NCBI RefSeq assembly: GCF_963921235.1 | Contig: NC_086097.1 | Coordinates: 224,690,001 to 224,754,000, forward strand | Direction: 5' to 3' | Length of the DNA stretch: 64,000 nucleotides | Origin: Mobula hypostoma | Lineage: Eukaryota | Part shown: piece by piece, positions 22,763 through 35,720 of the stretch | Layout of the letters: every line of letters begins with the position of its first letter | Position numbering within the stretch: position 1 is the first letter of the stretch | The notes under the pieces: generated by a model | Databases searched by the model: none | What the model was told of the DNA's origin: nothing | Seen by the model: the letters and a program-made list of their open reading frames with translations, nothing else | Made by a program: the position numbers and the translations under genes

Positions 22763-25123
22763 AGTGTAGTTTTTACTAGGATACTGACTCACCAGCAGCT
22801 GGACGACTTCTTCTTCTTCTATTTCTGGCTGTTTAGATGCATCTAGGCATATTACAGCCCTCCGCAGGATGTATAATTAATTACAGAACTTCAAGGAACT
22901 CAAGTTCTCGAAAACAACCTAGTCTCACGTATAAACTGAATGATAGACTCTTCAATCAGATGTTGATTCTCTTGATTGCCAAACAAAGATTGAATAGAAA
23001 ACCAAAATAGACTTAAGCCCAATAGCCTCTTGAACAGCATGCTTCTTTCAATTTTGTATCGATTACAGCTCAGCAAAACATGCTGGACTGTCTCTGGACT
23101 ACCACAGTCACATAATCCAGTAGGATGTTTTCCTGTTATCTTTAAATAATAGTTTAGTCCACAATGCCCCAACCTAAGTCTTGTAAATGTCACCATATCT
23201 CTACAACTTAAAGGGTAGCAGTCTGAGACCTTTTTAATTAGTGGGTGACTAGAAAAATAATGCCTGTCCCTTAATTCATTTTTCCAATCCTCCTGCCACT
23301 TCTTCTCTATAACTTTTTTAATCCTGCTTCTCAATTCTGCTCTGCACAGGGGAGCTCTAATTTCTACTTGCCTGCTCTGTAAGGAAGACTTTGCAATGCC
23401 ATCCACAATTTCATTTCCCTCCACCCCAGCATGCCCAGATATCCATGAAAATCTAACTGCACAACCCATCTTCCCTACTCTAAACAACACTAAGAGAATC
23501 TCAATAACTATGTTAGGATGAGCTTTTAATTTACTCCCTTTTATAGCCTCTAAGGCAGCAGCAGATTCCGAACAGATGATAACCCTACGTGGTCGAGAGT
23601 CTTCTGTCCACCATAAGGCCCAGAGGATTGCTAATATATTCTGTTGCAAAGACAGAAACACCATCTGAAACCCAGTGACCAATCTTAACTCCAAGTTGAG
23701 ACACATACATCCCAAATCCTGTCCTACTGCTCTCTGGGTCCACTGAGCCACTAGTAAAAATCTTCAGATAAGATCCCCATTTATTATTTAAATATTCATT
23801 TGTGATCAACACTGATGAAATTGCACTGCTTCCTTTAAGCTGAAAAAGGAGGAATAGATCTACTTCTGGTTCTGGAAAGAGCCAAAAAGGGACGGGTGGC
23901 AAGCAACTTTGATTAACTATGTCTTCCTCAGTCAGTTTCAATTTCACAGCCTAGTTATTAAACAAATCTAAAAATGAGTATCTTTTAATTTTACTTTGGC
24001 ACTCCGACTTCCCCTGCAAAAGACACTTTGATGGACAGCTGTGATTGAATCCATTTAGTTTTGCCCAATACTGCAGGCCCAACTGAATTTGTCTTAAATG
24101 CAGAGGCACTTCCCCCATCTCCACACACAATGCCGGGACTGATGTTGTTCTAAAAGCTCCACAACAGAGTCTAAGTGCTTTGGACTGCACAGTGTCTAGT
24201 TTTCCAAGCACTGCCGTAGCAGTGGAACAATAAACAATACAACCATAATCTATAACTGATCTAATCATAGCTAGATATATTAAGTACATAGTTTCCCGCC
24301 CTGCTCCACAGTCACATCCAGCAACACTTCTCATAACATTTAAAACTTTCTCACACTTTCCAATTGTTTTATCTATATAAACCCTCCAAGTAAGTCTTTC
24401 ATCAAACCAGGCACCTAAAAACTTGAATACCTTGATTCTTTCTAGTGGAGAATCACATAGATACAATTCACAATCAGGAATTTTTCTTCTAAAGCCATAA
24501 ATCATGTATTTAAACTTAGAAGCAGAAATCCTGAAACCCCATTTATTAGCTCAGTTTTCAACTGATCTTAAAGCCTTTTGTACCTGCCTTAATATATACT
24601 TGATGTTTCTTCCTGTTTTCCAGATTGCACCATCGTCTGCAAACAATGATTTGCCAACTCCTGTCCCTACCTGATCAAAGATATCATTTATCATGACATT
24701 AAAAAGAGCTGGACTAATGACACTTCCTTGAGGAGTACCAGTATCTATTTTAACTGACTTGGAGCTTGTTCCGCCTATTCTTACTTGAATTGTCCTTTCC
24801 TTAAGGAAATCTTTGATCCAATTAAATATTCTACCTCTAATTCCCGCATCATAGAGTTTAATTAATAAGCCATCCTTCCATAGTGAGTCATATGCTCTTT
24901 CAATATCTAGAAATACACTTACCATTACTTCTCTATTTTGAAATGCTTTTTTAATATCATGATCTAAAAAGGCAACAGCTTCCATTGTTGATCTTCCAGT
25001 TCTAAAACCATTTTGATAGGCAGCAAACTGTCCCTTATTTTCTAAAAAATAAACAAGTCTGTTGGTGACCATTCGTTCCACAGTTTTACAAAGCACTGAC
25101 GTTAAAGCTATAGGCCGATATGA

Positions 25124-28100
25124 GCAACACACATCAAAGTTGCTGGTGAACGCAGCAGGCCAGGCAGCATCTCTAGGAAGAGGTGCAGTCGACGTTTCAG
25201 GCCGAGACCGTTCATCAGGACTAACTGAAGGAAGGGTGAGTAAGGGATTTGAAAGTTGGAGGCAGAGGGGGAGATCCAAAATGATAGGAGAAGACAGGAG
25301 GGAGAGGGATGGAGCCAAGAGCTGGAGAGCTGGACAGGTGATAGGCAAAAGGGATACGAGAGGATCATGGGACAGGAGGTCCGGGAAGAAAGATGGGGGG
25401 GGGGACCCAGAGGATGGGCAAGGGGTATATTCAGAGGGACAGAGGGAGAAAAAGGAGAGTGAGAGAAAGAATGTGTGTATAAAAATAAGTAACAGATGGG
25501 GTACGAAGGGGAGGTGGGGCATTAGCGGAAGTTAGAGAAGTCGATGTTCATGCCATCAGGTTGGAGGCTACCCAGACGGAATATAAGGTGTTGTTCCTCC
25601 AAACTGAGTGTGGCTTCATCTTTACAGTAGAGGAGGCCGTGGATAGACATTTCAGAATGGGAATAGGATGTGGAATTAAAATGTGTGGCCACTGGGAGAT
25701 CCTGCTTTCTCTGGCGGACAGAGCGTAGATGTTCAGCAAAGCGGTCTCCCAGTCTGCATCAGGTCTCACCAATATATAAAAGGCCACATCGGGAGCACCG
25801 GACGCAGTATATCACCCCAGCCGACTCACAGGTGAAGTGTTGCCTCACCTGGAAGGACTGTTTGGGGCCCTGAATGGTGGTAAGGGAGGAAGTGTAAGGG
25901 CATGTGTCGCACTTGTTCCGCTTACACGGATAAGTGCCAGGAGGGAGATCAGTGGGGAGGGATGGGGGGGGATGAATGGACAAGGGAGTTGCTTAGGGAG
26001 CAATCCCTGCGGAATGCGGGGGGGGGGAGGGAAAGATGTGCTTAGTTGTGGGATCCCATTGGAGGTGGCAGAAGTTACGGAGAATAATATGTTGGACCCG
26101 GAGGCTGGTGGGGTGTTAGGTGAGGACCAGAGGAACCCTATTCCTAGTGGGGTGGCGGGAGGATGGAGTGAGAGCAGATGTACGTGAAATGGGGGAGATG
26201 CGTTTAAGAGCAGAGTTGATAGTGGAGGAAGGGAAGCCCCTTTCTTTAAAAAAGGAAGACATCTCCCTCGTCCTAGAATGAAAAGCCTCATCCTGAGAGC
26301 AGATGTGGCGGAGACGGATGAATTGCGAGAAGGGGATGGCGTTTTTGCAAGAGACAGGGAGAGAAGAGGAATAGTCCAGATAGCTGTGAGAGTCAGTAGG
26401 CTTATAGTAGACATCAGTAGATAAGCTGTCTCCAGAAATAGAGACAGAAAGATCTAGAAAGGGGAGGGAGGTGTCGGAAATGGACCAGGTAAATTTGAGG
26501 GCAGGGTGAAAGTTGGAGGCAAAGTTAATGAAGTCAATGAGCTCAGCATACGTGCAGGAAGCAGCACCAATGCAGTCGTCGATGTAGCGAAGGAAAAGTG
26601 GGGGACAGATACCAGAATAGGCATGGAACATAGATTGTTCCACAAAGCCAACAAGAAGTCAGGCATAGCTAGGACCCATACGGGTGCCCATAGCTACACC
26701 TTTAGTTTGGAGGAAGTGGGAGGAGCCAAAGGAGAAATTATTAAGAGTAAGGACTAATTCCACTAGACGGAGCAGAGTGGTGGTAGAGGGGAACTGATTA
26801 GGTCTGGAACCCAAAAAGAAGCGTAGAGCTTTGAGACCTTCCTGATGGGGGGATGGAAGTATATAGGGACTGGACATCCAAGGTGAAAATAAAGCGGTGG
26901 GGGCCAGGGAACTTAAAATCATCGAAAAGTTTAAGAGCGTGAGCAGTGTCACGAACATAGGTCGGAAGGGATTTAACAAGGGGGGATAAAACTGTGTCGA
27001 GGTATGCAGAAACGAGTTCGGTGGGGCAGGAGCAAGCTGAGACAATAGATTGGCCAGGACAGGCAGGTTTGTGGATCTTGAGTAAGAGGTAGAAACGGGA
27101 AGTGCGAGGTGTGGGAACTATAAGGTTGGTAGCAGTGGATGGGAGATCCCCTGAGCGGATAAATTCGGTGATGGTGTGGGAGACAATGGCCTGGTGCTCC
27201 TTAGTGGGGTCACAATCGAGGGGTAAATAAGAGGAGGTATCCACGAGTTGTCGCTGTGCCTCAGCAAGGTAGAGGTCGGTACGCCAGACTACAACAGCAC
27301 TCCCCTTATCGGCGGGTTTAATAATAAAGTTAGGATTAGTGCGGAGGGAGTGGAGAGTAGAGCGTTCCGAAGGAGTGAGGTTGGAATGGGGACAAGGTGC
27401 GGTGAAGTCGAGACGGTTGATGTCCCGTCGGCAGTTAGCGATAAAGAGATCCAGAGCAGGCAGAAGACCAGAGCGGGGTGTCCATGAAGAAGAGGAGGGT
27501 TGAAGACGGGAGAAGGGGTCATCGGTGGGGGTGGAAGAGTCCTTGCCGAAGAAGTAGGCTCGGAGACGGCGGAAGAAAAGTTCCGCATCATGGCGAACAG
27601 GGAACTCGCTGAGGTGTGGGCGAAGGGGGACAAAGGTGAGGCCCTTACTGAGAACAGAGCGTTCTGCCTCCGACAGTTGAAGGTCGGAGGGGATGGTAAA
27701 GACCCGGCACGGATGAGAGCTGGGATCAGAGGGGGGAGGGGGGAGGGGGGAGGGTTGGGGTGAGAGGAAGATGGAGCCTCTGAGGACCCAGGAGCTGATG
27801 GTGGGATCTAAGGGAGACGGAGTTGCAGAGTGGTGGTGGGGGAAGGGGAGACGGGAGTCACAACAGCAGCACATAAAGACCCGGCCTGGAGTTCAAGGCT
27901 GGAGTTGCAGTTGGTGGTTGCGCAATCGCTGTGAAGGTGTCCATGGTCGTTGCTGGAGTCCAGGTTTTGAGTTGCCCTGAGGTGTTGGAGCCGGCGAGAT
28001 CAATGGCAGAGGCCGCAATCTGAAGTTCATGCCTGCTAGTTTCATAGCCAGCAGGCTCTGGAGTCCGTAGATGTAGGATCTTGCGATCTTTGCCTAACAT

Positions 28101-28491
28101 GACGAAGTCAAAAAAAACGGCGATTGCAGGTGTGAATCCGATGGAGGATGAAATAACGGGTAGGACCATTACAGACGGCGAAGAAAGTGTCCCGAAGGTG
28201 TGGAAGGGTCTGGGATAGGGACACCAAGTACCTCTTCATGGCGGAGAGAGTCGCCTTCAGAGCTTGACGGGAGAAGTGGCGAGAGGCAGAGTCAATAAAA
28301 TGTGAGTACCTGGGATCCTCAGAAGGTCCAAATTGAGAGGCTTGGAAACGAATCCTAAAGCCAACTGGAGTAAGTTGGCGACGGAGGCACGTTCCAAGAA
28401 AGGATATATGGCTGTGATAGCGAGTCTGAGTCAAAGTGTGGTCGAAAAGTTGAAGAGCCGAAGAAATTACAGATGGGGAGCAGTGAGAGAG
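25124..28491 (-). mobile_element. Penelope-like retroelement (Neptune-type), RT + GIY-YIG, frameshifted
   Basis: ORF pieces IKPADKGSAVVV, QTKGVAMGTRMGPSYA, FLRYIDD, TDVYYKPTDSH, Cys-rich linker PCKRNKCDTCPY and VIYCVRCSRCGLLYIGET. 12-bp TSD AGGCCGATATGA (25112-25123 and 28492-28503). Confidence 0.95.
25187..25222 (-). ncRNA. Hammerhead ribozyme motif in the PLE 3' terminus
   Basis: Minus strand AGUC-CUGAUGA-ACGG(ucucgg)CCU-GAAA-C-GUC^GACU. Core intact, with one stem II mismatch. Confidence 0.65.
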
Positions 28492-30146
28492 AGGCCGATA
28501 TGAACTAGGACTAGACGTGTCCTTACCTGGCTTTAAAACTGGAACTACCACTGCATGCTTCCATTCTACTGGTAATTTTCCTTCTTTCCACACTGAATTA
28601 AACAATGCTAGAATTTCTATTAATACAGAGTAATCTAAATGCTTAAGCCTTTCATAACACAGTCCATCCCTACCAGGAGAAGTGTTTGAACCCGATTAGA
28701 CAACTTCCTGCAATTCCTGAAGGGAGAAAAACAAATTTATGGAGCTATTATCAACCAAACTCCTGTCCAATTTCCAACTTTCCTTTAACATAACTTCCTT
28801 TCTCAAATCACCTAACTCTCCAGAACTGTGTAACGCTTGGAACACCTCTACAAACATATCAGCCTTTTCCTTATTGGGTACAGCTTCAATATCTCCATCC
28901 AGCAAAGCTGGGATAGATGGCTTCCTATATATCCCTGACATTCTGTGAATGATCATCCATAGCTGCTTTATAGGTGTCTCAGGGCCCAGGGTTCCACAAA
29001 ATCTTCTCCAAGTATCCCTCTTTGCATTTTTAATTATTCTCCTTGCCACTGCTGTTTCCTCTTTATACTTCATAATATTATCTAACACTGGATACTTTCT
29101 CAATTTCCTGTAAGCTCTATTTCTGTTTCTTACTGCCATATCGCAATTTTTATTTCACCACGGAACTAATGCTGGAGCCTTAAATACATTCCGTAGTGGA
29201 ATAGTCAACTGAGCAACTTTATGAATTATAGAACAGAGTGATTCATTCCAATCATCTACGGAGCCCTCACTATTAATCTCTTCTATTATATCCACAGCTT
29301 TCTCCTGGTACTCATCCCAATGGGACAAAGAAAAATTATACCTGGCAGACCTCTCCTCAATTTCTACTATCAGCAGCTGGACTTTCTGGACACAGGTTTA
29401 TTTTTACTACAATCAATTGAAACACCTTGAATGCACACAGGTGATCTCCATTTAACTACTAAAACTAATTGGCTGCACCAGTGATGATTTGGTGTGTCAT
29501 AATAAAGGGGGTGAATACTTATGCAATCAATTATTTGGTGTTTTATATTTGTAATTAACAGTTTATAGAGATTTGTTTTCACTTTGACATGAAAGAATTT
29601 TTTTCTGTTGATCAGTGTCAAAATTAAAATCTAATTTGATTCAATGTTGTAAAACAATAAAATATGAAAACTTCCATGAGCGGAGTGAATACTTTTTATA
29701 AAGCACTGTATAATGGAATTTGTTGATAGGTGTGTGATGGGCCCTATGAACCAGTTTGAAATGACGATGGTACCATTGCTGGGATGTGGTATGTAAATTA
29801 ATATTTGCTGATGTTGATTCTATTTGTGAGCCTTTGACACTTTACACTATCTCTCATTCAGGCACATTAGAAACCAAAAACTCTGAAGTGAAATGATAAT
29901 GAGGCATCGGCCTCATAGACAGGCATTCCCACATGATCCATAGCATGTTTTCATGTCCTTGTACTTTGATTCCTTCCCCATCTTCTCTACCAGCTCTACC
30001 TCCCTTAACTCCAGACCACTACCCGGATCATGAACCCTCATTGATATCAGGGCTCATTATCCATGTCTGTTGTCATCTGGCCATTCATCAGTGCAGATCC
30101 TACAAGACAACTGACTATGTGGTAAAGAGATGACTTTTGTGAATTA

Positions 30147-31052
30147 GTCAGTTGATAGGATGGTTATGAAGGCGTATGGTGCTTTGGCCTTCATTAGTCA
30201 GGAGACTGAGTTCAGGAGCTGTAAGGTAAGTTTGAAGATGTTTCCTATGGTGGGGGTGTCTAAGACCAGAGGACACAGCCTTAGAATGGAAGGGTATCTT
30301 TTATAACAGCGATGAAGAGGAATTTCTTCAGCCAGTGACTGGTGAATCTGTGCAATTCTTTGCCACAGGCATCTGTGTAGGCCAAGTGATTGACTATATT
30401 TAAGGGAGAGGTTGATAGATTCTTGATTAGTCAGGGCATGAGGGGATATGGGGAGAAGGCAGGAGACTGGACTGAGTGGGAAATGGATCAACTATGATGA
30501 AATTGACACTCAGTGGGCCAAATGGCCTAATTCTGCTCCTATATCTTATGACCTGGTACTGTTAGAACGCTATACAACCCTGGTTAGGCTATACTTGGAA
30601 TATCATGTTCAGTTCTGGTTGCCTCATTAAAGGAAGTATGTGGAAGCTGCAGAAGGGGTGCAGAGGAGATTTACCAGGATGGTACCTGGATTAGAGAGTG
30701 TGAATTATGAGGATAAACTGAGCGAGCTAGATTTTTCCTCTGTGGAACAAAGGCGCATGAGAGGTGATTTGATGGAGGTGTTCAGACATCCAGGGCAGAA
30801 ATGGCTAATATGAGAAGGCATAATTTTAAGGTAAATGGTGGTAAATTAAAGGTGGTCAGAGGTAAGTTGTCTACACAGAGTGGTGGATGTGAGGAGCATG
30901 TTGGCGATAAAGGCAGTTTCATTAGGGACATTTAATAAACCCTTAGGTAGTCATACGGATAACAGAAAATTGCATGGCTATATAGAAGGAAAGGATAAGA
31001 TTGTTCTTGGGCCAAAGGGTCAGGACTGTTCTTTGTTATATGTTCTATGTTC
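30147..31052 (+). mobile_element. Degenerate CR1 with a second CR1 3' fragment nested at about 30229-30553
   Basis: The outer copy breaks at TTCAGGAGCTGTAAGGTA and resumes at GGTACTGTTAGAACGCTATACAACCCTGG. The insert is a CR1 3' UTR. Confidence 0.7.
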
Positions 31053-31925
31053 TGGGGATGTCTGACCATTAGATGATAAACCCTGCATGATAATAGTAAA
31101 GGAAACGCTGAACCAGGGAGAGGAAACGTTGAAAAAGTGACATCATTATAATAAATAAACTTGTGTTAGTTCCATGTAGGTAGTTCTGTCATACAACGGG
31201 GTTCTTTGCTCCCAGTAGGGGTCCATTAGAATGGAAGGTTACCAGTAAACTGCCATGCACAGATGATGAAGAGGATGATCACAGTATGAAACTCTGATGC
31301 TCTCTTTATTTCCTGTCTTACTTGAGAGATTGATCAGTGGCCCTGCACTGGCACAGGTTCACCACGGTAAACAGAATCAATCTTTATTTAAAATCTCAGA
31401 AGCAACATGGTAAAAGACTGCTCCTCATAAACCAGAGAGCCCTGCAACACTGGCAACCAGAACATAGCCCTGCTTTCAGTAAAAGGAAAGCCACATCGAT
31501 AACAGTGGGAAACCTGTTTGTTCTGGCATGTGATGGACATGATTATGTAAGTTTGATGAACAGCTTGGAAGGGGAATGATAAATGTGAAGGGAGTAGTTC
31601 AGAACACACTGGGAGGCTTGTTTTGATCCTAATTATATTGGCAGGCAATTCTCATGCCTCCAGCTGGTTATGATGAGACTATTTTCAATCACTTGCAAGA
31701 CAGATTAGAAATATCACATCTGATACGTAGAATAAGCCACCAGCAACACAAAGAGCAACAATGTGAAGTGAAAAGCAATACCAATATGCAAGGTGAAGAT
31801 TATATTTCAGCCTCATTACTTATCTGAGAGTAGTCATCAGTTACCTATATTGGAATCAAACACCTTCCCATATTGTATCGTGGATCTACGGTATAAGAAA
31901 TGCTCTCATAGCAAGGACTCAAAAG

Positions 31926-34005
31926 CAAGTTATGAGGCTGCTTTGGCAAGAAAGGTGAAAATAAATCCAAAGGGTTTCTACAGTTATATTAATAGCAAAA
32001 GGATAGTGAGGGATAAAATTGGTCCCTTAGAGAATCGGAGTGGACAGCTATGTGCGGAGTCAAAAGAGATGGGGGAGATTTTGAACCATTTCTTTTCTTC
32101 GGTATTCACTGAGGAGAAGGATACTGAATTGTGTAAGGTAAAGGAAACAAGAAGGGTAGTTATGGAAAGTATGATGATTAAAGAAGAGGAAGTACTGGCG
32201 CTTTTAAGGAATATAAAAGTGGATAAGTCTCTGGGTCCAGACAGAATATTCCCTCGGGCCTTGAGGGAAGTTAGGGATATTCCCTCGAGCCTTGAGGGCT
32301 CTGACAGAAATATTTCAAATGTCATTAGAAACAGGGATGGTGCCGGAGGATTGGCGTATTGCTCATGTTGTTCCATTGTTTAAAAAGGGAACTAAGAGTA
32401 AACCTAGCAATCATCGGCCTGTGAGATTGATGTCAGTGGTGAGTAAATTGATAGTAAATTGATAGTAAATTTATAGAAAGTATTCATAGAGATGGTATAT
32501 ATAATTATCTGGATAGACAGGGTCTGATTAGGAACAGTCAACATGAATTTGTGCGTGGAAGGTCATGTTTGACAAATCTTATTGAATTTTTTGATGAGGT
32601 TACTAGGAAAGTTGACGAGGGTAAAGCGGTGAATGTTGTCTGTATGGACTTCAGTAAGGCCTTTGACAAGGTTCCACATGAAGGGTTAGTTAGGAAGGTT
32701 CAATTATTAGGCATTAATATCAAAGTAGTAAAATGGATTCAGCGGTGGCTGGATGGGAGATGCCAGAGAGTACTGGTGGATGACTGTGTGTCAGATTGGA
32801 GGACGGTGTCTAGTGGTGTGCCTCAGGGATCTGTACTGGGTCCAATGTTGTTTGTAATATATATTAATGATCTGGATGATGGGGTTGTAAATTGGATTAG
32901 TAAGTATGCAGGTGGTTCTAAGATAGATGGAGTTGTGGACAATGAAGTAGGTTTTCAAAGCTTGCAGAGAGATTTAGGACAGTTAGAAGAGTGGGCTGAA
33001 AGATGGCAGATGGAGTTTAATGCTGATAAATGTGAGGTGTTACATTTTGGTAGGACTAATCAAAATAGGACATACATGGTAAATGGTAGGGCATTGAAGA
33101 ATGCAGTAGAACAGAGGGATCTAGGAATAATAGTGCATAGTTCCCTGAAGGTGGAATCTCATGTGGATAGGGTGGTGACGAAAGCTTTTGGTATGCTGGC
33201 CTTTATAAATCAGAGCATTGAGTATAGGAGTTGGGATGTAATGTTGAAATTGTATAAGGCCAAACTTGGAGTATTGTGTACAGTTCTGGTCACCGAATTA
33301 TAGGAAAGATGTCAACAAAATAGAGAGAGTACAGAGGAGATTTACTAAAATGTTGCCTGGGTTTCATCTCCTAATTTACAGAGAAAGTTGAACAAGTTAG
33401 GTCTTTATTCTTCGGAGCGTAGAAGGTTGAGGGGGGACTTGATAGAGGTATTTAAAATTATGAGGGGGTTAGATAGAGTGGACATGGATAGGCTTTTTCC
33501 ATTGAGAGTGGGGGAGATTCAAACAAGAGGACACAAGTTGAGAGTTAAAGGGCAAACGTTTAGGGGTAACATGTTTGGGGCTCCCATCCTTGGTCACCCC
33601 GGAGCCATCTTATAGAGGACCAATTTTGTCCCTTGCAATCTTTTTGCTCTTAATACATCTGTAGAATCCTTTAGGATTCTCCTTCACCTTGTCTGCTAGG
33701 GCAACTTCATGCCTTCTTTTAGCCCTCCTGATTTCTTTCTTGTGTTCTTTTGCATTTCTTATATTCCAGATCTGCAGATTTACTCAGAGAGTGATAGCTG
33801 TTTTGAACGAGCTTCCAGCAGAAGTGGTTGAGGCAGGTTCAATGTTGTCATTTAAAGTTAAATTGGATAGATATATGGACAGGAAAGGAATGGAGGGTTA
33901 TGGGCTGAGTGAGGTCGGTGGGACTAGGTGAGAGTAAGAGTTCGGCACGGATTAGAAGGGCCGAGGTGGCCTGTTTCCATGCTGTAATTGTTATATGGTT
34001 ATATG
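31926..34005 (+). mobile_element. CR1 LINE, 5'-truncated, ORF2 pseudogene
   Basis: ORFs 31793-32383, 32551-33303 and 33388-33615 carry GRSCLTNL, DFSKAFDKVPH and GVPQGSVLGP. Ends in a (GTTATATG)n tail. Confidence 0.92.
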
Positions 34006-35014
34006 TTGAAAGTATATGATAGCACTACTATACCCACCAGAAGCATAGCTTCCTGCAAAGAAAACTATAAATCTATAAGAAATCTTGCATTAGTATTTTG
34101 TGCATAGATGGAGGCTTAATCCGTGATAAATGTAGGTTAGGCAGAGATTTTTGGTACATTATCAATAAATAGCCATTTCTCAGTCACGTCTTTAGTCTTT
34201 GACATGGGAAGGCATGTCCTCCAACTGGACTGGGACACAAAAGGACCTATCATTTAAATTACATTGGGCTAACCTTGGAAGTTGGTATAAAGTGAAATGA
34301 AATATGGCACATGCTGATTTACATATCACATTATCATAAAATAGTTTTTGGTATTAATGTGATCTGTTGTCCCTATGGGATATGATAATGTTGTGAAGTT
34401 TTGAAAACATTTTTAAAAAATCCTCTAAATAGCAGGGGATATTTTAGATCTTAATCTTCAAGCTCGATGCATTTTAATATCCACCTTTCTGTTTATTTAA
34501 ACTTTTATAATGAACACAAATTTTTAACTTTATTTAATTTACTTCGAATTTTTTGGGCTAAGTCAGTCGGGAATATTCACATACAATAAAAATAGCAGAA
34601 TATTACCGGGCAAAGTCACTCAAAGGCTGAGTGCTGTTAAAGTATTGACAAAATGTAAGAAGATTAAGGTAAGTCAATTAAAGAATGGACATGCAAAGAA
34701 AATTTTCCAAAGCTTTTCTTTAAGTGAGTTTGAGGACTCATTGTTAGTTACAAAGTTTTCTGTTGGTTGGTAACTTATGATGGTGATTACCTTAGAGAAT
34801 TTACCATTTTAAGGGAATGCAACATGAAGGAGCATATCCTAAACAGGCATGCATGCAGAGGACCTGGGCTATTTGCACCAGCCAGATACAGTTAGATCCT
34901 TGCAATCTCATCTGGTAATATATTTTTTCGATGGCGCAGTCACAGTCGAATAGGTTTCAGCTTTTCTTCAGTGGTGCAGTTGCAATCAAATTGGTGGAGG
35001 AGGAGTCATGCAAA

Positions 35015-35339
35015 TGTGGATGTAGAGAGGGTATTTCCTATGATGGGGGAGTCTAGCACAAGAGGGCACAGCCTCAGAATAGAGGAACGTCCATTTAGAA
35101 CAGCGATGAAGTGGAATTACTTTAGCCACAGTGTGGAGAATCTGTGAAATTCATTGCTAAAGGCAGCTGTGGAGTCCAGGTCATGGAGTGTAATTAAGGT
35201 GGATTTTAATAGGTTCTTAATTAGTCAGGGTGTGAACGATTATGGGGAGAAGGTAGGAGAATAGGATCAGCTATGATGAAATGGCAGAGCAGACTTGATT
35301 GCCCGGGTAGCCTAATTCTGCTCCTACGTCTTACGGTCT
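35015..35339 (+). mobile_element. CR1 LINE 3' fragment
   Basis: CR1 3' end similar to 2930-3267. Confidence 0.75.
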
Positions 35340-35351
35340 CAGCATCTAATA

Positions 35352-35720
35352 CCGTAAGACCATAAGATGTAGGAGCAAAATTAGGCCATTTGACCCATTG
35401 AGTCGGTTCCACCATTCAATTACGGCTGATTTATTTTCCTTCTCAAACTTGTTCTCCCACCTTTTCCCACAACCATTGACACCCGTATTAATTAAGTACT
35501 ATCAACCTCCACTTTAATTATACCCAATGTCTCGGCCTCTATAGCTGCATGTGGCAATTAATTTCACAAATTCACTACCTTCTAGCTAAAGAATTTCCTT
35601 CGTATCTCTATTCTAAAGGAGTGTCCTTCAATTCTGAGGCTGCACTGTCTGATCCTGGACTCTCCGACTATTAGATACGTCTATTGCACATACACTCTAT
35701 CTAAATATTTTTTAATATTT
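35352..35720 (-). mobile_element. CR1 LINE 3' fragment, tail-to-tail with the previous copy
   Basis: Reverse-complement CR1 3' end with a TCTTATGGTCTTACGG tail. Confidence 0.75.

Larger units (their letters stand above)
22805..29370 (-). mobile_element. I-group (Nimb-like) LINE with RT, RNase H and C-terminal Zn motif; 5'-truncated; split by a PLE
   Basis: RT motifs SYRPIALTS, FLDIERAYD, GTPQGSVISP and LFADD; RNase H WISGHAGVEGNEIVD; CDCGSPETVQHVLLSC. (GAA)n 3' tail. 12-bp TSD CAGCAGCTGGAC (22793-22804 and 29371-29382). Confidence 0.9.
21552..29708 (-). mobile_element. Tc1 DNA transposon (IR/DR type), interrupted by the 22805-29370 LINE
   Basis: TA flanks; TIRs CAGTGCCTAGAAAAATTATTCA / TGAATACTTTTTATAAGCACTG with roughly 200-bp inverted arms and an inner repeat. 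About 1.58 kb once the insert is removed. Confidence 0.92.

Noticed and set aside
24551..25522. 323-aa ORF as a novel RT with a unique N-terminus
   Set aside because: It is read-through from the PLE terminus into the I/Nimb RT across the AGGCCGATATGA TSD, so a junction artefact.
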